The translations under genes and the position numbers were made by a program. Below the pieces are notes generated by a model. The model saw only the letters and a list, made by a program, of their open reading frames with translations. It was not told where the DNA came from and ran no database searches. This document shows positions 25,897 through 32,000 of a stretch of DNA of 32,000 bases, piece by piece. Each line of letters opens with the position of its first letter. The stretch's first letter is position 1. The stretch spans positions 210,001-242,000 of the forward strand of contig NZ_AP028907.1 of the NCBI RefSeq assembly GCF_036323395.1, in the 5' to 3' direction. Origin of the DNA: Pyrodictium abyssi. GTDB lineage: Archaea > Thermoproteota > Thermoprotei_A > Sulfolobales > Pyrodictiaceae.

Positions 25897-26679
25897 ATGT
25901 TTGGGCTCCAGGGTCTCCGTGTACTTGTGACAGCCTCTACACGTGGCATAGGCCGTGGCGTAGCCGAGGTTCTACTCAGCGAGGGCGCCAGGGTAGTCAT
26001 TAACGGCCGTAGCACTGAAAGCGTCGAGAAGGCTGTCGCAGAGCTACGGGGCAGAGGCGAGGTACACGGTATAGCCGCAGACATCACGGTTAGAGACGAT
26101 GTAGAGAGGCTCGTAGAGGAGGCCGCCGGGCTACTAGGGGGCCTCGACGCCGTAGTCTATGTCGCTGGGCCTCCGCGGCCCGGCGTCTTCGAGGAGCTTG
26201 GCCTAGAGGACTGGGAGTACGGTGTTAGGCTTCTCGTGCTCAGTGCGGTGTGGACTGCGTTCTATGCCCTGCCCTATCTGAAGCAGAGCAGTAGACCGGG
26301 CCTAGTCTACGTCACCAGTATTGCCACGAAGGAGCCGGTGGAGGGCCTTACCCTGTCCAACGCGTTGAGAGTTGCTGTGCACGGTCTTGTGAAGACGTTG
26401 TCGCGGGAGCTAGCCCGCTATGGGGTGAGGGTTAACGCGGTCATGCCGGGCTACATTATGACTGACCGGGTGCGCCAGATAGCCGAGGCGAGGGCTGCTA
26501 AGGAGGGCCGCAGCCCTGAGGAGGTCCTCCGGGATATAGCTAGGACTATCCCGCTGGGCAGGCTGGGCGAGCCGCGGGAGGTGGGCTACCTGGTAGCGTT
26601 CCTGCTGAGCCCCTACGCGGGCTACATTACTGGCGCCTCGATACCGGTTGACGGCGGCCTCCTGCGCTCCGTATTCTAG
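25897..26679 (+). CDS. SDR-family oxidoreductase
   Basis: 'GLRVLVTASTRGIGRGVAEVLLSEGARVVINGR' Rossmann motif; 'YVAGPPRPG'; 'PLGRLGEPREVGYLVAFLLSPYAGYITGASIPVDGGLLR' classic SDR C-terminus. The catalytic Tyr-Lys pair is not in the usual YxxxK form ('SNALRVAVHGLVKTLSREL'). Open frame extends to 25876. Confidence 0.88.
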   Translation: MFGLQGLRVLVTASTRGIGRGVAEVLLSEGARVVINGRSTESVEKAVAELRGRGEVHGIAADITVRDDVERLVEEAAGLLGGLDAVVYVAGPPRPGVFEELGLEDWEYGVRLLVLSAVWTAFYALPYLKQSSRPGLVYVTSIATKEPVEGLTLSNALRVAVHGLVKTLSRELARYGVRVNAVMPGYIMTDRVRQIAEARAAKEGRSPEEVLRDIARTIPLGRLGEPREVGYLVAFLLSPYAGYITGASIPVDGGLLRSVF

Positions 26680-26741
26680 ACGGTCATCGACGCTTAGAAG
26701 GGGCTGGCTTGCCGTGTTTCTTCCGCCACGGGTACCCTGGC

Positions 26742-28172
26742 ATGAACACTGCCACGCAGACCGGCGGCGTAGTGAGAGTGAGGATACGGGGCATATACGC
26801 TACTGCGCTGACACGGCTCATAATCGACGCGGGGTTCCAGGTGGTCCAGCCTTCTAGGGTGATAGCCGACCGGTTTAACCTACCGCAGCTCACACTACCA
26901 GCCGACGTAACCATAAAGAATAGTGATAGCGACCCCTCGGAGCTGCTGATAGTCGGCTACGAATGGGCCGTCGATAAGGTTCTCGAGAAGCTCCGGGAGC
27001 CGCTCCCCTACTCGTTCTACTGGCGTTCCAGCCTCCCTCTGCATGCCACTGTGAAGGCCCGTATCCGGGGCCTCTCCGGCGACGTGTGTATAGCCGAAGT
27101 CTCCGGCGTTGAGGCCGAGCTGCTAGTCGGCAGGGAGGAGTGCGAGCCTGGCAGAGAGGTTGTGGCGTCGGTTGTTAGGCCTGGCGTGAAGCCGGGGGAG
27201 AGGCCCCGTCTCGCTCCGGGAGCCCGTGTTATAGGCGACTACGCGATACTCATGGAGTCTGTGCGTCCGAGGGCTACTGTGAGCGAGCATGTGCGTAACC
27301 CCGAGAAGCGGGCCGAGCTTGTGGTGCTGGCGTCGGAGTACACAGAGAGAGGGCTTAGTGTCCACTGGAGGAGTAGTAGTCAGCACGCCGACCCCCAGGT
27401 TCTCACACAGCATCTCCGGGAGCTCTACAACGCGCTCCTCGAGGTCAGGGAGAGGGCTGAGAAGAGTGAGCCAGGGGTATACAGTGTAGGCGAGGCTGTC
27501 GTACTGGTCAGACTGAGTAGTGTCGACAAGGCTACGCTTGATAGGATACGCGACACAGTGGTTCCGACCATAGAGCTCCATCACAGCGTTAAGAGCCTAG
27601 CCCCCGGGTTCTCGGCCGTTGTGGACTATGCTGAGAAGCTTAAGGCCAGGGGTGTAGACTCCGGCCTCCTATCCGAGGCTCTACTAGAGATGATTGGCGA
27701 GAGCCTAGTCTCCTCGCGTAGCGTTAAGCTAGTCCACGTAAAGCCCGACGGCACTGTGGTCGAGCTCGGCCGTGGCGAGGTGAAGAACGCCTACATGGAC
27801 CGTGGCCGCCTTATAGTAGTTGTCGAGAGGCGCGTAAGGAGCCGTGGTGTCTACGACGGGCTCGGTGTGGAGAAGGAGCCCGGTGACCGCATAGTGACAG
27901 AGATAGACACCAGCTCATGGCTTATAAAGCACACCTACTACTCCAGGAGCGGCGAGGTGAAGGGTGTCTACATCAACGTCAATACGCCGCCCGAGGTCTC
28001 AGAGGATTCCATAGTCTATCTCGACCTCGAGGTGGACGTTGTAAGGAGGCCTGGCGAGAAGCCACGTATAATAGACGAGGAGGAGCTACGAAAAGCGCTA
28101 GAGGCCGGAATCATCACCGAAAAACTATACCAAGAAGCAATGGAGAAGGCAAGAAAGGCGCTAGGAAGTTAA
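26742..28172 (+). CDS. FAU-1 family RNA-binding protein / probable ribonuclease
   Basis: 'VRVRIRGIYATALTRLIIDAGFQVVQPSRVIADRF' N-terminus; S1-like segment; C-terminal DUF402-like 'SSWLIKHTYYSRSGEVKGVYINVNTPPEVSEDSIVYLDLEVDVVRRPGEKPRIIDEEEL'. Open frame extends to a TTG at 26709. Confidence 0.9.
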   Translation: MNTATQTGGVVRVRIRGIYATALTRLIIDAGFQVVQPSRVIADRFNLPQLTLPADVTIKNSDSDPSELLIVGYEWAVDKVLEKLREPLPYSFYWRSSLPLHATVKARIRGLSGDVCIAEVSGVEAELLVGREECEPGREVVASVVRPGVKPGERPRLAPGARVIGDYAILMESVRPRATVSEHVRNPEKRAELVVLASEYTERGLSVHWRSSSQHADPQVLTQHLRELYNALLEVRERAEKSEPGVYSVGEAVVLVRLSSVDKATLDRIRDTVVPTIELHHSVKSLAPGFSAVVDYAEKLKARGVDSGLLSEALLEMIGESLVSSRSVKLVHVKPDGTVVELGRGEVKNAYMDRGRLIVVVERRVRSRGVYDGLGVEKEPGDRIVTEIDTSSWLIKHTYYSRSGEVKGVYINVNTPPEVSEDSIVYLDLEVDVVRRPGEKPRIIDEEELRKALEAGIITEKLYQEAMEKARKALGS

Positions 28173-28225
28173 GTATTATAAAGCCCCAGAATAGGAGACC
28201 CGTTCTATGGAGCTTCCTGGCGGGC

Positions 28226-28313
28226 GCGGGGGTGCCCGAGCCAGGTCAAAGGGGGCGGGCTCAGGACCCGCTGGCGTAGGCCTGCGTGGGTTCAAATCCC
28301 ACCCCCCGCACCA
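28226..28313 (+). tRNA. tRNA-Leu (anticodon CAG), intronless, CCA encoded
   Basis: Acceptor GCGGGGG/CCCCCGC, D-stem CCC/GGG, anticodon stem GCGGG-CTCAGGA-CCCGC (anticodon CAG), long type II variable arm, T-arm GTGGG-TTCAAAT-CCCAC, discriminator A then CCA. TATA-like 'AGTATTATAAAG' about 45 nt upstream. Confidence 0.93.
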
Positions 28314-28434
28314 CATACCACCTATCCTCTAATAGCGCAATACTTCCGCTTCTCCCCCTCCCCAGCGACCCGGGTTACATGTCCTGTCATATACACCCCT
28401 CAAGGTAACACCGTTTAAGCCCGGGGCAAGAGTC

Positions 28435-28638
28435 TTGCAGCGGATAGTTACATTCAAGATAGAAGAAGACATGCTTATGCTACTGGACCGCTACGCGAGG
28501 ATGCGCAAGCTGACTAGAAGCGAGGTGATAAGAGAGGCCATAGAAAGGCTGCTGCGCAGTGAGGGCATAGAGATACCCAGGAGGCGTCCACAGATAAAGT
28601 ACGATCCGCGCACACCCCTAATAGAGGTCTCTATATGA
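28435..28638 (+). CDS. Ribbon-helix-helix (CopG-like) DNA-binding protein
   Basis: 67 aa; '[42 protein letters not shown]'. Confidence 0.82.
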   Translation: MQRIVTFKIEEDMLMLLDRYARMRKLTRSEVIREAIERLLRSEGIEIPRRRPQIKYDPRTPLIEVSI

Positions 28639-28901
28639 CACTACACGCCCCTTATATAGTACTTGTTTTCGCAGCCCAGCCCCGTCGACTGTTGCTCGTA
28701 TCCCGCTATGCTTGCCTTCTACAACTCTATGTTCCGGGGCCCGTCTCAGTCTAGGAGGCTAGGCACCTGGAGGAGGATGTGTATCTGGTCTAGTCTAGAG
28801 TATTGGTCTGGGGCTTGTCCCCGTGTCCTGCTCCCCGGGGAAAAACGCTGTTCAGGGCCCACCTTGGACATCGCGAGGTGTGTGTGCCGTTGCGTGCTGG
28901 C

Positions 28902-29174
28902 TTAGTCTCTGACGGTCTCTAGGAGTGATATTACGTTCCAGATTATTGTCCTAGCGTATACCGGCATGTTGGGGTCCTGGCTTATCTCGTCGAGTATGCT
29001 GATCGCGTTTGCTGCTCTTACGCCGGGGCTAAGGCTCTCGTCACGAAGCTGCTTTATTGCCTCGGTTGCGGCGCGGCGGATGTTGCGTGGCACTGCTGTG
29101 TCGTTTATTATCCTCATTAGCATTACTATTGCCTGCCTTATCTTGGCCTCATTGTCGTATATGGGTGCCGCCAT
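28902..29174 (-). CDS. UPF0147 family protein
   Basis: 90 aa; '[69 protein letters not shown]' matches this small archaeal family. Confidence 0.9.
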   Translation of the reverse strand: MAAPIYDNEAKIRQAIVMLMRIINDTAVPRNIRRAATEAIKQLRDESLSPGVRAANAISILDEISQDPNMPVYARTIIWNVISLLETVRD

Positions 29175-29363
29175 GGTAACACCCCCGCTCTGGCTCCTCG
29201 AAGGGTGTGCTTTGGCCAGCTTTGTACGGGGTGAGGGGCCTAAGCGGCCCCTAGCTGCACACCCTAGCTGACCCCTCTGCCTCGTCCGGGGGATGCTTTA
29301 AACTCAGCCTTATTACGTTGCCCTCGCAGAGGCTCCGGAGCCTAGTAGAATGGGTGTGTAGGG

Positions 29364-29780
29364 TTGGAGAGGGGCCGCAGCCCGGAAGTCATCAAGCGCA
29401 TGGCTGACCTGCTGCGCGCTGGAGCTGCTATGCTGTCTGAACGGTGCCCCGCGTGCGGGCTTCCCCTGTTCCGTCTCCGGAGCGGCGAGATAGTCTGCCC
29501 GGTCCACGGGCGTGTCTACATAGTCCGCGACGAGAGCGAGGCATCGCGGGTTACGGTGCGCGGCGTTCTAGAGGAGCTAGAGAGGTTTGTCGCCCACCGC
29601 CTCAGCGATGTAGTGAGGCGTGCAGGGGCCGCGCCCGGGAGCAGCGTGGCCGATGAGCTGCGGAGCTGGCTCGACGTGCTTGAGCGGGTTGAGAGGATCC
29701 TCGGCATGATATCCGCGTCGGCCGGAGAGGAGGGCTCAGGCGGGTCTGAGAAACCCCCGGCTAGGAAACAGTCCGGCTAG
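29364..29780 (+). CDS. Sjogren's syndrome/scleroderma autoantigen 1 family zinc-ribbon protein
   Basis: 138 aa; 'VIKRMADLLRAGAAMLSERCPACGLPLFRLRSGEIVCPVHGRVYIV'. Confidence 0.82.
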   Translation: MERGRSPEVIKRMADLLRAGAAMLSERCPACGLPLFRLRSGEIVCPVHGRVYIVRDESEASRVTVRGVLEELERFVAHRLSDVVRRAGAAPGSSVADELRSWLDVLERVERILGMISASAGEEGSGGSEKPPARKQSG

Positions 29781-29793
29781 CCTTTCATCTCCT

Positions 29794-30195
29794 TTACTCG
29801 CTACACTCGATTGCTAGTAGTGCTTTTGGCGGCTTTGATTCGAGCTCCGCCCTGCAGCCGTCGCGGAGACTCTCTAGGACCTTTCTGGGTAGGCCTGCAG
29901 CCAGGGGCACTGAGGCCATTACCGCGCCTGCTACGAGTATAGGCTCCGCCTCTACCACGACTATGGCTGAGGGGGCTAGCCCGCGCCTGGACAACGCGTA
30001 GAGTATGTAGGGGCCCACGGTGCTTCCCCGCCCGCCCTCTATGACTAGTATCTTTCCAGCTATACTGCGGCCGTCTACGAGTGTGCCCTTCTCGGGGTCT
30101 ACCTCCCCGTAGAAGGATAGCCGGCCCATGACCACCAGAGTTTCGCCAGCAGCACGGCCCTCTACGAGGCCGCGTAGCTCGAAGCGCTCCATCAT
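29794..30195 (-). CDS. Aconitase X swivel domain (DUF126) / phosphomevalonate dehydratase small subunit
   Basis: 133 aa; 'LSFYGEVDPEKGTLVD...SIAGKILVIEGGRGSTVGPYILYAL'; adjacent to the large subunit. Confidence 0.9.
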   Translation of the reverse strand: MMERFELRGLVEGRAAGETLVVMGRLSFYGEVDPEKGTLVDGRSIAGKILVIEGGRGSTVGPYILYALSRRGLAPSAIVVVEAEPILVAGAVMASVPLAAGLPRKVLESLRDGCRAELESKPPKALLAIECSE

Positions 30196-30222
30196 CCCCG
30201 GTCCCTCGACGCAGGTGAGCCA

Positions 30223-31410
30223 CTACACGCCGTATTTCTTCACGAAATCCTCTAGAGAGGAGAGCGCCACTCTGACGCCATGCCTCCGGGGCATGTAGAA
30301 GGCTGTCTTGACCGAGTCGGTAGCTATCGCCCTGATGCCAGCCTTGCTGAGCGTGCTTACTACTAGACACGTCCCGGGGAGTACGTGTATGCCGCGTTCC
30401 CTAAGCCCGGCTATGGCCTTGCGTAGGCTTCCCGCCGCACCGCCAGGTATAGCTATCCATATGGGGCGCCGAAGCCTGCTGACACCATACCTCTCCAGCA
30501 CCTGGAGTATTTTGCTAACTGCACGCTTTGGGTGGTGCGGGCACCCGGTGAAGAATAGCTCTGCCTCATCTATGCCAGCTGTTTCTACCTCCTCGCGCGC
30601 TGCCTCGATATCCCTGCGGTCCACGGCCACCTTTTCGACGCCCAGGGGCGGGCCCTGGTCCTCCGGCGAGACACCCTTTATGACGCACATCGCGGTACTT
30701 CCTGAGGCCGCTGCAGCTGCGCATAGGGATACTACCTGCCACTTATCTAGAGGGTTTACGTCGATGTACGGTACTTCGCCGGAGAAGCGGCTACCAACTA
30801 TATAGCCTAGGACTCCCGCAGCCAGCCCGTCTCTTATGCTGGCCTCGACTTTTACGAGCTTAGTGGGTCTACGGTTCTCGTCAAGGTGGAGCCCCCATAG
30901 GTATGTTCTCCCGACAAGCGCCGCTGCTAGCGCTACTGGCCCGCCTTCCCGGTTTGTCCTAGCACCGTAGAGAGTGTTGGCTACTGCTACAGCGCTGGAC
31001 TCGCCCCATGCCAGGTGCTCGCCGGGACGCGGCTCGCGTAGCGTATACGGGATACACGTGCCGCTGGGCTCGAAGCCCATGCGTATTAGCGCATCTATTA
31101 TCCTCTTCTGCTTGCGCGCGTCCTCACTGGGCACCGTGTAGGGCGGCTCGACATCCCCCAGGGGGAATCCCGCGGGGTTAAATGTCGAGTAGACCGCGAC
31201 CCTCCCGCTGGCTGCTAGGGTCTCTATGAACTCTAGACCGTAGTCCCCTATGTTGCTGTATGATACCCCGCTCACGTGCACGTGTGATACTCTTACCAGG
31301 CGTTCTGCGCCAAGAGCCTCGCCGACACGTACTATGAGCTTCATTGCTAGCTGGCGTGATGGCCCCTCTTCCCCGGCTAGTATACGTTCTTCCTCGCGGG
31401 TAAGGTACAA
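30223..31410 (-). CDS. Aconitase X catalytic domain (DUF521) / phosphomevalonate dehydratase large subunit
   Basis: 395 aa; 'YLTREEERILAGEEGPSRQLAMKLIVRVGEALGAERLVRVSHVHVSGVSYSNIGDYGLEFIE', 'TCIPYTLREPRPGEHLAWGESSAVAVANTLYGARTNREGGP'. TTG start. Confidence 0.92.
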   Translation of the reverse strand: MYLTREEERILAGEEGPSRQLAMKLIVRVGEALGAERLVRVSHVHVSGVSYSNIGDYGLEFIETLAASGRVAVYSTFNPAGFPLGDVEPPYTVPSEDARKQKRIIDALIRMGFEPSGTCIPYTLREPRPGEHLAWGESSAVAVANTLYGARTNREGGPVALAAALVGRTYLWGLHLDENRRPTKLVKVEASIRDGLAAGVLGYIVGSRFSGEVPYIDVNPLDKWQVVSLCAAAAASGSTAMCVIKGVSPEDQGPPLGVEKVAVDRRDIEAAREEVETAGIDEAELFFTGCPHHPKRAVSKILQVLERYGVSRLRRPIWIAIPGGAAGSLRKAIAGLRERGIHVLPGTCLVVSTLSKAGIRAIATDSVKTAFYMPRRHGVRVALSSLEDFVKKYGV

Positions 31411-31413
31411 GGC

Positions 31414-32000
31414 CTAGCCTTGACCCCCAATGGTAGGCTTTACGTACTTGTCGCGGTCACGTATAGGCATTGTCGCGTCCACTAGGAGTTTGTATGTGAG
31501 CCCATCCTGGGCGCTTGGGTCTAGCGTAGAGCCGCGCGCAGCCGGTATAACTACGAGCCCGCGGTCAGCCTGTAGACGTGTAGCTATCGCCCACTCGACC
31601 TGCCTGGGGTCGTCGGGGTCTATGTCGCTATCCACTACTACCACGTGCTTGAGACTGGGGTGTGCAGCGAGGGCTGCTAGCCCTGCAGACTTGCCGTCAC
31701 CATCATGCTGCTTCTCGATAGAAACGACCGCGTGGAGCCACATACCGCCTGCTGGTGTTAGCCTTACCTTAGAGACCCCTGCTACTGCGCGCGAGACTGC
31801 CTCGTAGATCGCGGCCTCTCTCGGAAACCCCATGAGCATCATGTGCTCGTAACCGCCCGGGAGTATCACGTGCATATACGGCTTGTAGACCTTGTTCACG
31901 TAGATATGCTCTACATGGAGCACTGGCTCCTGGCGCACGTCGTCGTATAGCTGGAGGAGGTCTACGAACGGGCCTTCGCGTGCTCTATCTGGGCCGAGCC
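31414..32000 (-). CDS. UbiD-family decarboxylase (candidate anhydromevalonate phosphate decarboxylase), 5' part beyond window
   Basis: C-terminal part of a UbiD protein; the frame stays open to position 32000, with '...LGPDRAREGPFVDLLQLYDDVRQEPVLHVEHIYVN' read upstream of the listed ORF; 'VVVVDSDIDPDDPRQVEWAIATRLQADRGLVVIPAARGSTLDPS'. Confidence 0.9.
   Translation of the reverse strand, partial: LGPDRAREGPFVDLLQLYDDVRQEPVLHVEHIYVNKVYKPYMHVILPGGYEHMMLMGFPREAAIYEAVSRAVAGVSKVRLTPAGGMWLHAVVSIEKQHDGDGKSAGLAALAAHPSLKHVVVVDSDIDPDDPRQVEWAIATRLQADRGLVVIPAARGSTLDPSAQDGLTYKLLVDATMPIRDRDKYVKPTIGGQG

Noticed and set aside
25770-26087. 78-aa and 75-aa ORFs around the SDR start
   Set aside because: Low-complexity composition and overlap with the SDR frame; no support.
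27123-28279. ORFs of 153, 66 and 120 aa overlapping FAU-1 and tRNA-Leu
   Set aside because: The FAU-1 frame is well supported, and 27917..28279 runs into the tRNA gene.
1-32000. CRISPR arrays, transposases/integrases, toxin-antitoxin pairs, rRNA genes
   Set aside because: None seen by eye in either strand. The single RHH protein (28435..28638) has no adjacent toxin-like ORF.

Overview
This window looks like chromosomal DNA from a hyperthermophilic crenarchaeon. Evidence: archaeal NOG1, FAU-1, UPF0147 and Sjogren-autoantigen-family genes, TATA-box-like promoters, a tRNA-Leu with encoded CCA, and an AcnX/UbiD-type mevalonate branch. A Pyrodictiaceae-like origin is inference only. The most interesting part is a dense minus-strand block at about 8.2-25.6 kb devoted to cytochrome c assembly and respiration. 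It holds CcmA, CcmB, CcmC-like, CcmF-like and a CcmE with an archaeal-type CXXXY motif (C-H-E-S-Y), but no visible CcmH. It also holds a single polypeptide that joins a thioredoxin-like domain (CPTC), a c-type heme domain (CSSCH) and a CcdA-like membrane domain. The respiratory genes are an NrfD-like quinone-interacting membrane protein, a Tat-targeted 4x[4Fe-4S] protein, tetraheme and monoheme cytochromes with C-terminal anchors, and an octaheme HAO-like cytochrome on a coiled-coil stalk with a C-terminal TM anchor. An HTH_10 regulator with a CX2CX5CX2C cluster and a membrane-anchored HEXXH protease sit among them. Left flank: trpB2, paaK, an SSS transporter with a 43-aa companion ORF, and iorAB (aromatic/indole acid metabolism). 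Right flank: an SDR, RNase FAU-1, tRNA-Leu(CAG), an RHH protein, UPF0147, and the phosphomevalonate dehydratase / anhydromevalonate-phosphate decarboxylase cluster. I saw no CRISPR array, transposase or rRNA gene.
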